Assembly: GCA_977016875.1 (NCBI GenBank)
Contig: CDRNST010000122.1
Coordinates: 2,170,001-2,234,000, forward strand
DNA from: Pavona decussata
Lineage: Eukaryota
DNA: 64,000 bases
Reading direction: 5' to 3'
The position numbers and the translations under genes are program-made. The notes under the pieces were generated by a model. That model did no database searches and was not told the DNA's origin. It saw only the letters and a program-made list of their open reading frames with translations. The number at the start of each line of letters is the position of its first letter. The stretch's first letter is position 1. Below are positions 1 to 11,501 of the stretch, in pieces.

Positions 1-129
1 ACGTCTCCTATTTCTGTATGAAGCAAAGGAAACAGTAGACGTCTGCAAGTAGGTTTGGGGGAGTTCCAATGATGGATCAGAGAGTTTACTCTGCAGTGTA
101 TGTTAAAGTGCTAAAGTAAACCCATGGAT

Positions 130-270
130 TTCCTACTGAGCATTAGCCCTAGTAAGGAAATGGGAGATTGCACGAGGCAAAGAAAAAATCTCCCACCTGG
201 GCAGGAACCGAACTCACGACCTCTCGGCGGATTTGATCATTTGTTGCTCTACCAAATGAGCTACGAGGAG
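130..270 (-). mobile_element. tRNA-derived SINE (second, more diverged copy)
   Basis: Shares TTCCTACTGAGCATT...CCTAGTAAGGAAATGG...AGGCAAAGAAAAAA...ACGACCTC...AGCTACGAGG with 6596-6741. Confidence 0.7.
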
Positions 271-622
271 CTCTGCTCTCTTCTCGGTCAAAACCTGGGC
301 ATATTCGAGTTTGAAAATGTAAACGTTCCTAAAATTTTGTAAAGGGTGGATCAAACAAGCACGTCACAAGAAAGTAAACGCAGCCATCATACCCTTGAAA
401 GTAAACAATAACTGTTCCCAAAATGTTTGCTTGTGAACTAAATCAACGGACTTGGCCATCGCCGACTGCGTAGGCAAGTTTTAACTTGCATTCTTGTTTT
501 GAGTCCGAGTTGAGAAATAAACAGAGTAAAACAATTACATTTTTCACTGATAAATCTTAGAAGAACTTAAATTCTCACAGCTTTTACTGGAGCCTTTACT
601 TTTAAATTCTTGCTTTTTCCAG

Positions 623-3600
623 GTCCCCAAGAGTCGTCAGTGGCAACTGCCTTCGCTTTAGCCTTTCTTTCTCTTCTTCTCCAAAACTGCATCTCATCAT
701 TTGAAAACTCCTTAACGAAGGAACATTCAAACCCCGAGCAGGCCGTGACAAATGGACCACAAAACAACGCTCAAACACACAACGGTTTGAGCGCAGTAAA
801 GTTGTCAAAACATGAGAATTCCATCTCGGGATCCAAAGCAAGAAGCGATTTCAACGAAGCAAAGAAACTCAAAAAGGTTTTGAAGCATCGGAGACGAAGA
901 CGGAGGCGAAGAAATATCGATTACAGCTTTGAGAGTTACAGTGGAAGCGGGAGCGATTTCGAGGAATCGGGAGAAGAGGATGATGAAGACAGTGATTTGA
1001 GTGAAGGGGGAGGAGAAATAGATGGAGCAATGGAGGAATTGCTGAGTGACAACAGTGATGATGTCTACATTGAAAGCGATTCTGAAGATGAGAACGTCAA
1101 TGCAGGATCTCTTCCCAGCTCTGTGTTTTCTGCTACAAATGGAAAGCGTGCGGAGAACAACAGCTTGCCTAAATCAACGGAGAAGCTTCCTAGTCCTCAT
1201 GCTGTCCACGGCAAGCAAGGATTAAAGGCAACTGGCTTCTTTGGTCAAAATGGAATTTCAGTAGGAAAGATCTTCAGACCAGATCTGTTTAGTGATGTGA
1301 GCGATGCTGAGACTGGTAAGAGCAACCTTCTTGAGTTTTGGTGTTTGGAAGGCGTTTATCTTTGAGTAGCTTTGCACTAATCACTAGTTCTACTTTACAA
1401 AACAGAAGCAACATTCTAAATCAGTCGTAACAACGCAGTGTACTCATACTTTGTTATCCGTTGCCACCAGATAGTTATTGCGCTGATCAGTGTCAATATT
1501 ATCGAGGTTGTTAACGATCATTTCAGTTGCATTGATAGAAACCTAAACACAGCGCTCCGGTTTTGTTGACAGTTGCTGGACCTGTTTTGTTTATCTAGCC
1601 GTGGATGGGTGGGATGGATATTGACTGTAATTTGACAAAGATGCGGCAACCTTTTTGTTCCTGTTTTATTGCCGTTCCTTCGCGGAGAAACCGTCAAATA
1701 CTGATTTGCTTTGGCCCGGCGTTTCACATGATGTTTTCTCTTGGTTCTCTCTTGTATGAATGAGGTTAATTAGTCATAATTTTAGCACACTTTGACAAAA
1801 AAGAAAAAATCAAAATACGGAAAACTCCAGTAACATAATGATTTAATCGTTGTACAAAAATGTCTGGGTATTGTGCCCAGACTTCGCCTTAATAACTAGA
1901 TGTTCGTCAGTAACCAGTAATGCCAGATGCAAGAGGGAGCGTAGACTGCGAGCTGTCCCGAGACGAGAGGAATGGCTGCAAGCAGTCTAGAGGGAGCGGT
2001 CACCCATTCACTCCCGCGAACGGTCAACTCAAAACAGAACAAATCTGAAATATCAGTTTACAAATGTCGTAAAACGAACTGTACAAGAGGAAAGTATTTT
2101 TCGTTAGCTTTCATTTGAATAGTCACACTGTAGGATTTTATCCATAGACTCAAAACTTAGAACCGGAAAAAGTGATCCAAGGCCTGTCGTAGGGAGTGAA
2201 CTGGTTTTCTTCGCCCGCGACGTAGGCTAAACCTGCCACTGCATGGCGTTCTCAGTGACGTACGTTCACTGCTTTGCTTTATATGTAGAGTCGTCTGTGG
2301 CGTCCAGGACGGAGATATTGCGTGACTGTGTGGAGTCCAACATACTGAAGGCTGTAGCAGGTCAGAAACTGTTGCCAGCGATCAAAGTGATGACCGACTG
2401 GCTGCGATTGAACGGAGAACTACTCTTGACTTGTGTTGAGGTATGTCTCAATTTTGTCAAATAAAGATGCACGATTTGTTCCAGTTTTAAACTTCGCGCA
2501 AACTTTGAATACGCAAGATTCGTTGCGATTCAATGGGCCAATCTTGTGAATCCAAGCGTGCACACACTTTAGGCTTGTCAGTGGTCAAAAACTTATCAGG
2601 ACTGGAAAGATGTGCTTCTCTGTGGACTAGGCTGTGTTCGTACCCAGAACGACTGACAAACTGAAAAGCGGATTTTTTTGCTGGCTCATATCCCATTGGT
2701 TGTTTCACAATCAACTTTCACATTCAACGTTATAAAATACACTGGTCGCGGAATGCTGTGTGGCTTTCGTAGTTCCGCCAGTGGTATAGTGTTTTTTTTT
2801 TCTTCACGTATGTTGTGTAACAATATTGCATGATTTGTACCTTTCAGAGTCTGAGTGCCCTGTGGTCTAGACTGGCCTCACTTCTGAACATGTTTCCGTC
2901 TGCAGATCAGATGATGTCAGCAGGTTTGTATTAATAGCTTCTCATCTCAGCTAGAGTGGAATTCTTACGTTTGTTCAGAGGTCGACGAGTAATGTTTCGT
3001 TATCTCAAGTATTGTTCAGAGGCCCTCAGACGAACTTCGATGAACCTCCAGCCAGACTTGAGGGCGGTTTACAATTGAGCGTCGTCAAACGAAAACCAAA
3101 GTAGTTAGTCTGGTCTGTCAAAGCAGATGCAAACAGCGGAATGAACCAATCCGAATTCGAAGCAAATACATGTAACCGGCGCCGAGCGCAGGAAAACTTT
3201 TGCGAGCGAGTCACGGTTGGTTTTGGTTTTGCTTCTTATTTGTTGAGGGAATGGCGCGAATTTTGCCAACCAATGAGAGAGCGTAGGAAAGCAAAACCAA
3301 AGCAAACGCGCAATTACTTTCGACACTCTATTAAATCCGCTCTACAATGGTATTGTTCGTCTCCTGTTTACTGCAGTGTACTAATTGAGGAGGTGCCGCG
3401 TTCTAATCCAGGTCGAGTGCGCGTTGGCATTGGTCAAGACCTCCCTGCTTTGTTCTTATAAAGTTTTATAAAATGGTACCGCGAATTCTTACCGTAAAAC
3501 CCGACATAGATGTTGAAACTGGCCATCTAACCTACGGTCCGTACCTTCTAACTTACCTGGTATTCAATCCAGGGGGTGAAGGCAGCAATACTCGTGATCA

Positions 3601-6600
3601 CTTTACTACTTTGTGATTGAGAACAGGACGTCTTACTGGTAACTAAGTTCAGAAACGCGTTTATTTGTTACCGGTTTTGTTAATCAATGGGTTTTTGTCT
3701 TAGTTCCCTTGCCAAGATGGCCGACATGGCGAAGCATCCTTGATGAGACACTTGATGAGAACTGGGTCCAAACACGTGGGCTACCAGAAGACATGTCGCT
3801 GCTAGGATTCACACCACTGACCGCAATACATGGCAGGCTCGACAGGAAGTGGAGCAGACTTACAAGGGATTGTCACTACCTTGAGGTACCGGTAATTACT
3901 TTTATAAGTTTTTGCTTTTCGCGTTTCCTTGTCATAAGAACACAGGACTTCAGAATATCACTCAATTCACCTGTACATGGTTCAGACATCCCCATGATCC
4001 CTAGCCTGCGAACAGCAGACGTATTTCCGGTCGTCGCTTCTCTCCCGCCAAAAAATAACGGCGGGAGAGAAGCGACACGTCTGCTGTTCGCAGGCTGCAT
4101 GATCCCAAATAGAGCTTTAATTTCGTTATATTGAAGCTGTACCGACTATGACTATAGATGTGTGAGATTTTTTTTTTAATCACGACCCTCCGCAACAATT
4201 TCCTAGGTTTTAACTTTCCGAAGACCAGGGCCTGGTTGTTCGAAAGGCGATTAACACAAATCTCCAAGGTTTCATCTCGTTCCTCAAAACAAAAAACAGT
4301 TTTAAAAAACCTTGTGTTCATCCTCGTATTTTTGTCGGAGTTGTGAATGTAGCTTTTTGTTGTCCCTCATAGGCCGCTGTTCGAGTTCAGTGCTTGAAAA
4401 GTTTTGGAATGAAGCTTGCATCTTTCGAGGTAAGGACACTAGCAGTGTAAAGGTAAATTAAAGTTTTTTCTCAATTTTCTGAAGAGACTTCGTGCTGTCC
4501 TTATGTTTATCAACTGTACTTATCACCTGGTTTTGTTGACAGGAGCTGAGTTCGTTTGTGTGGGATCAGAATACTCAGCAGTTTTTAGGACCTCAACAAA
4601 TGACAGAAAGAGAAAAACTTATGGCTTCTGACAAGCGACAAACGCCATCCCCCGCGGTATGATATACCTAATTTTTGTGTTTGACAATTGTAATTTTTCG
4701 TCAGAAATTTTGCAAAATGGCACTTGAGCTTGTTTTTACATTTTTCCATGGTAGAGTTCACTGAGAAATGCTAAGATGCTGAATGGTGTGTGAATGAACT
4801 TGAAATTTAAAACGTGCAAATTTTGCTTTCAAAATCAACGTAAATAGTTGCTTTGAACCTCAATATGAAAGCGAGGCTAAGTGCATGGTTTTTATTATGA
4901 AAATTAGTTTTCATCCAACAAAACTAATTTTCGTGTGAAAAGCTTCGCATTTTGCCTCGCTTTCATAATGAGGTTCAAAGCAACTCGGAAATGGCCTTTT
5001 GAACCCTGTTGAGGAGCAATCATGATAAACGTAAAATACTTTTTCGAACCCGTTCAGCTGTATCTGCACTTTTAACAAAGGGGCATCTAGTTCATATAAC
5101 AGTTCAGTGGGTGGCTTGACTGTCTTCATCAGATGACTGACGTGCTCTTTGTCTTTGATCCTCTTGCAGGGAAATCACGACCGGCGCTCTCGAGTAATGA
5201 AAGTCATGGCCCAACAGCTGTTGCAGGTAATTTTATAAATCACACTCTTCAAATTTGCAGTGAAACTTAAGCCTGCTTCACTGGCACATGGATGCAAATG
5301 TAAACGCATGCGAAGATTACACGCAACGCAAATCCAAAGGCTAGTAAACACAAGCTCAAGGAATACTATGGACGCATGCGCATTTGGTGGGGGTTTATTC
5401 CACTGATGGCGTAGAAGTCACACTGTACTTCACTTGCTTGCGCTTGCCTTTACCTCGCACGTGCATACCAGGCTTCAGCTAAACGTTAATGATGTCAGTG
5501 GGTGGGGTACGGTGAGGCTGCTGCATAGGTCGTCATACTACAATCCCTGTGCAAGACGCTTAAAAAGACAATAGCTTCCACCTTGTTGTTCGGTAAAAAA
5601 GGGGTGGCGCAGTAGGAAGAGCACCCGCCTCCAAACCAATATGACCAGTGTTTGGTTCCCAAACTCTGTGTCATTGGGGCTGATACACGTTCTGCTCCAA
5701 AAGGTTTACCCCCATGTGCTCCGGTTCTCCTCTCTCCTTTGAAACCCAATATTTTCCCAGTAAGAAGTGATTAGGGGTATTGATACACCTCCCTGGATGG
5801 AATGCTAGTTCATCATAGGTGGCTAGGAGCATTACTTTTTCCTCATGCATGAGATGCTTGTTTATCACGGAATACCACGGGGAGGGAAGGGGTGACGGCA
5901 GACGATGAGGAGCAAAGTTAATTGTTCTATGAAACAACACGACGGTGAAGGCCAGGGCTGTGACAACTGATGGCAAATTGAATGTCCCACAGGCGCACCA
6001 CTAAGCTTTCTCGACTTTACAGACTAAATTAACCTTGATATTGGTTTCAGAGTGAAGTAGCTGAGCTGGAGAGCACCCTTAAATCCGCTCCACGCGGCAG
6101 TACAGTTTATCTTGTCCCTGATGCCATGGCGCTGTGTAGTCAGCTGCATCTGGTGCGAAGATTGGTTACCGCAGAGAAAATGGTTGTCATAATTCCTATT
6201 CAAGGTACGGTATTCTTTTAATAAATAAACAACTTTGTTTACAACAATCAAAGGACTGATAAACCTGTCCGTGTGTCCTTGGATGTGCTAAAACATACAG
6301 CACACTCAATCTCAAAGATAAGCTTAAAAACGAAATGATACGTTTATACCGGTCTATATTTGCAAAGGGAAGGAGATATCAGCGGTTCACAAATCTAGGA
6401 TAGAAGAAAGCTGTTTTTAATGACTTGTACAACGTTCGGATTCATGGAGTTGACCGTTACACTGTAAGGCTTCCATAATTTCGCTTGAAAGTCTGACGAA
6501 GGAAGAATTAAGAGACCTGCATGCAGACTAATAGATAATGGGCCAAAGAATTAACTCTACAGTATATGTTGAAGAACTAAAGTGTACCCACAAAATTCCT

Positions 6601-7488
6601 ACTGAGCATTAATCCTAGTAAGGAAATGGCGGAACACACAAGGCAAAGAAAAAAGTCTGACCTCGGCAGAAATCGAACCCACGACCTCCGGATTTTGATC
6701 AACCGTTGCTTTACCGACTTAGCTACGAGGCCTGACCGGGAACGCCAGAGGAATTGTGGGAAATGATAGATAGGGTGGATGGGTTAAGCTGGGGAAGATT
6801 TAAACGGATTGAGCAATTCATTTTGTTGTTGTTATTGTTTTCTGTGCCGTAGTAATATCAGCGCTCGATGAGCTCAAGAAGCACGATAGTGGAGCAAGAG
6901 AAGCCACTAAGTTTTTGGAGCAGGAATTCAAGAAGGGAAACAGGTAAAACCGGCTAAAGTTGTACTTTTGTTTACAAACACAGCCACGCTTAGAACATAA
7001 CACGAAGATTTTAGGCACAAGACAGGAAGCAGGGGAAGATTGCATAACTAATGTTGCTGTTGATTTGTAGATGGCTCAGGGCGCAGAAGGAAAATGAGAC
7101 GTTAGACGGAGGCAAAAGACGAGGACGATACGAGGATGTTGCTGTGTGGTGAGTGACCTTGATGTTACGTTGAGAAGTCAGTGATCGTATTATGAAGTTT
7201 ATGCTGGATAGTTATATTATTTTTACTGTTCTGTTTGGTAGGCGTTTCAATCAGATCATCAACTGTTGTCGCTACTTCGTGAACCAAACTGGCAAAGGTC
7301 TTGTCACCTTGTTGACCGGAGGTTCCTCCTACGAGACTCCAAAACGAGGCCAGAAAAAGGGCATGGGTTCCAGTGGAACACAGGCCACTCCAGAGGCAGT
7401 GGAACTCGCGCGAAGCTGCGGCGTCAACGTGGAGTCCCTGCGCGTGTTTTGCGCGCGATTTTCCCAGCATGCAAAGTCAGTTACGTGA
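623..7488 (+). CDS. SMG5: Nonsense-mediated decay factor SMG5 (EST1B), 3' part; 5' exons lie upstream of the window
   Basis: Exons with GT-AG ends and consistent phases: 623-1315, 2289-2440, 2848-2923, 3704-3885, 4373-4429, 4543-4656, 5170-5226, 6051-6204, 6853-6943, 7071-7148, 7242-7488 (TGA). SMG5-like motifs: RRRR...DEDSDLSEG, LLPAIKVMTDWL, LWSRLASLLN, LPEDMSLLGFTPL. C-terminal PIN domain YLVPDAMALC...VIIPIQVISALDELKK...AREATKFLEQEFKKGNRWLRAQKE lacks the NDD/TDD acidic motifs of SMG6. Confidence 0.93.
1942..1989. mobile_element. 48-bp palindromic mini-element with 9-bp TSD
   Basis: GAGGGAGCG|TAGACTGC...GCAGTCTA|GAGGGAGCG. Confidence 0.8.
3060..3345. repeat. Dispersed repeat; related copy in opposite orientation at ~8762-9015
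   Basis: Shared motifs CCAATGAGA...AAAACCAA, GCGAGCGAGTCACG/CGTGACTCACTCGC and TTTTCCCGCGC. Confidence 0.6.
4002..4097. mobile_element. Palindromic MITE with 9-bp TSD
   Basis: CATGATCCC|TAGCCTGCGAACAGCAGACGT...ACGTCTGCTGTTCGCAGGCTG|CATGATCCC; internal hairpin TCGCTTCTCTCCCGCC/GGCGGGAGAGAAGCGA. Confidence 0.85.
6596..6741 (-). mobile_element. tRNA-derived SINE
   Basis: Minus strand has A-box-like TAGCTAAGTCGGT and B-box-like GGTTCGATTTC, followed by a non-tRNA body; a homologous copy is at 130-270. Confidence 0.75.
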
Positions 7489-8455
7489 GGGAATAAGGAA
7501 GAAGTCCAGATGTTCTGGAAGTGCTAAAGATATAAAGGGTAGTGTACCCTGAAAACGAGGCTGTGAACCCCAGCAGAACCATCCAGACCTGGTACAGTCT
7601 AGATAGAAGCATAACCACAGGAACACCACTTGACTTGGCATGCGAGATAGCTTGATGAAATTGGTAAACAGCGTTTTTAGCCTCTCGGGTTTTGTGGCAA
7701 ATTCGACTTCGATTGTTTTGTCTTGCATTTTGAGCCTTTTCTGTACGGATCGCGCCCTTGTGTCTCATTGAAAAAGGCTACTGAGATAGCTTGCACTTTC
7801 TGTTCTACAACAGATGTTCCAGGTAGTAATTTGTTATGCCAGAGAAGGTTAAGTAGCCCCGACTTTTAGGGGTTAATAAGTGGAAAATTTAAATGTAACT
7901 ATGGCAATCACGCTTGTATTGCAGGACACTTGGGAGTTTTGAATTCCCATTCCCCCACCCCTCGGTTGCTGTGATGTGAAGGTTTTAGGGGGGTGGGGTT
8001 AGGCTTCCTCTCAGTCTAGTGTAGAAAGATCGTGTGTTAAAACATGTATTAGGATTATTACTTAATCACCGTGCCAAGAACTGGCACCGTTATACCGAGC
8101 CTGAAAACATTCGTCAGCTTTCTGCTTTGGCAGAAACAGTTAATCGTATGTCGCAGTGTTTTTTAAGTTTTACGACAGGGTTTATTAACCTCGTGTTATC
8201 CCCAGTTTGAAGTTTGATCGCTCTATTTTCTGTACATATGTGTGTGCTATTTTGGAACAAAATTACACGCGCCTTTTGTGGAGTCTTGAAGCGGGAATTT
8301 TACAATTTTTCACGTTTTCAGTAAGTCACTTCACCAGTTTCTTATGTCTGTCAACATTTGCTGAGCTCTTTGATCGGATAAAAAAAATTGCATTGAGGGA
8401 ATGTGTTTTATTTTTCATCTAATATCAAAACCAATCATCACTAAGCTTACGCGCC

Positions 8456-8555
8456 TTTTCCCGCGCTTGGCACCGGTTACATGTTTTCCCGCGCTTGACA
8501 CCGGTTACATGTTTTCCCGCGCTTGGCACCGACTGCATGTTTTCCCGCGCTTGGC
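8456..8555 (+). repeat. 28-bp tandem repeat, about 3.6 copies
   Basis: Unit TTTTCCCGCGCTTGGCACCGGTTACATG head-to-tail with no spacers. Confidence 0.9.
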
Positions 8556-9269
8556 TTCCATTTTTGTGATCACAATTATTCGTCCAAAGATTCAAGTTAG
8601 GTCTTCCGAGGTTTGACCCTGGTGCAAAAGGGTATTTACCGTGATTATTTTGGCCGTAATCATGTACTTTTGATTTTACGACAGTGATTAAAAGGTCGCC
8701 TTTTGATTTGGATTGAGTAAGAAATAATGTTATTGAGTGGACCTAGCACCGGCACAGTAGGAGAGGTTTTTCAATCGTGTTTCGAAAGAAATTTGGTGTT
8801 TGTTTTAGTTTCCTTTACCACGCTCTGTGATTGGCTAGCAAAACTCGCGCCACTTTCTCAACCAATGAGAACAAAACCAACCGTGACTCACTCGCACTCG
8901 TTTTCCCGCGCTTTACCCGGTGTCATGCATTCGCTACGAATTCTGATTGGTTCGTTGTGTTGTTTACGTGTGTTGTAATTGGCCAGAGTAATTGTTATGA
9001 CACTGAATTGAAACTTTCTGTCGCAGCCGGGAACTGTGTTTTTGTTCTCGCCCAACTACTGCCGAGAAAACAGACTGCTGATAGTAAACTGTATTGTATT
9101 TGTAAACCGTTTTGTAATCGAAAATAGCATTGTACGCTTAAGAGATGAGCACCAATCAAATAAAGTGTCTACATGTTGAACCAATCCGCTGGCTTAGTTA
9201 CACTGTCTACTATTACTATTACTATCACTATTACCAGAATTTTATTCTGTTTCAGTTTGCTATAGGCCA

Positions 9270-10810
9270 CCCAATGAAGACCCAAGTTGGATGGGTATAT
9301 TCGATAATTTTCTGCATGAAGTTTGTGACCAGTTCGACAATATGGTAATTTCGGGTAATTTTAATTTGCCAGACCTCCTCTGGGACTCCATGGACAGCGA
9401 ATCGGATGTTAACGAACCAGCCTTTATTGAAACCTCTCACGACCTCCTCTTGACACAACTCAATAAAAAACGCACTTGTGGCAATAACATACTTGACCTT
9501 TACTTGTAATCACGAGCGTGCCGAACCGTGTCAATGTAACCGACACTGATTGCTTCCAAAAGATAGTTGTTTTTTTTTGCAGACCATACACAGCGTCATT
9601 ATTTTCCAGTTTAACACTTTTATAAAAGCCCTACCAAAAGCCCTGAGATTTGTGTACGATTATGCAAAAGGTGACTTTGAGGGTCTGCTGTCAGCAATTA
9701 ACCTTTCTTCGATCATAGCCAAGGACGATATAAAATCTGACTGGCATCAGTGGAAAGACACGTTTCTTGCAGCGGTCTCTGACTATATACAGACCAAGAG
9801 GCTAAAGGGACGGAATCCCATACTTTAGATGTCTGGTGCCATACTTAATTTGACAAAGACAAAAGCTGAAATTATCTCCCTCAAGCCACCTAGGGGAGAA
9901 GTTAAAAAAAAACTTGCGCAAAACAGTCAAGCGCATGCTGCGGAACAGCCGTGATGCCGGCGTTTCTTGGTTCCGTCGAATCCGACCTCAACACAAACCT
10001 AAAGTGGTTTTGGTCTATATTGAAGCTTAATTCCAAATCGCATACAATTCCTGATAGAGTCTCGACGCCAATATCAGCCAGTGCATTCGCTGACCTAGGT
10101 AATCATACGCTGTTAAGATCTTCAGCTGAAAATCCTCGGGAAACAGCCTTTGTAATTGCACCATCTCTTTGTAAGCTGTTTAACAAGTCATTAAGCACTG
10201 GTTCTTTCCCGCAGAACTAGAAGGAAGCTAACGTTCCTATTTTTAAAAAGGGTGAGGTTGAGTTCACAGAGAATTACAGGCCCATCTCCTTACCGTCACT
10301 GGTAACCAAAGTCTTGGAGCGATGTGTATTTAACACTTCTAAGATAGACTGTACGAGGTGGTAAGAGATTGTCAACCTGGATTCATTAGAAGGAAATCAT
10401 GCACCTCCAACCTTTTGGAAGTTTTGGACCACGTGGGCTCCCTATTAGACGACGGAAAACAGGTGGACATGATCTATATGGATATGTCTAGGGCCTTCGA
10501 TAAGGTGAACCATGGCTGCCTGCAGCAAAAGTTGCACGAGTTCGGTTTCGGAGGTAGCGTTTTGCAGTGGTTTAGCTCTTACCTGATGGGTCGCTACCAA
10601 TATGTAACAGTGCTGGGTAAAACCTTTGATCCTCTGCCTGTCATCTCCGGAGTACCTCAGGGCTCCATTTTAGGCCCGATGTTATTTCTCACCTATGTAA
10701 CTAACTTGCCCGATTTGGTCCTGACGAGCCACGTTGCCATGTTTGCCGATGAGACAAAGACATAAACAAATAAAGTCTCGGGAAGATGCTGCGTACCTAC
10801 AAGCTGACTT
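9270..10810 (+). pseudogene. Decayed non-LTR retrotransposon (CR1/L2-type LINE ORF2: end of APE endonuclease plus reverse transcriptase)
   Basis: Fragments GNFNLPD...NNILDL, YDYAKGDFEGL, IAPSLCKLFNKSL, ENYRPISL, QPGFIRRKSCTSNLL, DMSRAFDKVNH, SGVPQGSILGP and MFADE (catalytic DD lost); multiple frameshifts and stops. Confidence 0.92.
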
Positions 10811-10869
10811 GCTTGCTGGCTAGTTGACAGACATCTCAGTTACAGCGGGCTGAGATTTTCATTTCTTAA

Positions 10870-11501
10870 GGTGATTCCGCTGAAAAAGAAGGAGTATTTA
10901 AAATTGTCTAAGACTTGGTCCAGTTCATGACTATGTTATGAGCATTACAAAAATGCAATAAAAAATGGGGGTCACCGTGCTCGTTTTTGTGCAACCTGGA
11001 TGGCTATTATAGTAAATAGATGACCCACGAGGTCTATATTAGGAACGCTAGTAATCAGAAAAGGGAACTATCATTTCTAGAAAAATTAATTTCTTGCATT
11101 AAAATATCGAAGCAGTTCAACAAAATTTACTTTAATCTTACACAACAAACTATTTTCATTGAACTGGAATTAAGATTATGAAAGAAATTAAAGATTTTGC
11201 TGCGTGTACACGTAAGCAGCACTATCTAACTACGTGCTTTTTAAAGCATTCAAATAGTAATATCTCAAAGTAGAGTATTAAACTTTTCTTTAAATCGCGA
11301 TATATAGTGGTCAACCGTATGACATTTAAATTGATGCATTAAAAAATAGGGGTCACCGTGCTCGTTTAGAAGAAAAAGACCATTTATTTTCCTGCCGAGC
11401 TTAACCTCAAGGAAATCCCGTAATGTTCTGCGTGCGCGCGCTAAATGACGCAAAAAATTATGCGCAGCAACGGATGTGCAATGCAATTCAACGGAATCAC
11501 C
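10870..11501. mobile_element. Non-autonomous Kolobok-like DNA transposon (TTAA TSD)
   Basis: TTAA|GGTGATTCCGCTGAA ... TTCAACGGAATCACC|TTAA; 15-bp TIR with 1 mismatch; RR...YY termini; internal direct repeat GGGGTCACCGTGCTCGTTT (~10968 and ~11349). Confidence 0.85.

Noticed and set aside
6660-6741. tRNA gene
   Set aside because: A and B boxes are present but there is no proper acceptor stem, and it continues into a repeat body shared with 130-270, so it is a SINE head.
8456-8555. 28-bp repeats resembling a CRISPR array
   Set aside because: Units are directly adjacent with no unique spacers, there are no cas genes, and the context is eukaryotic.
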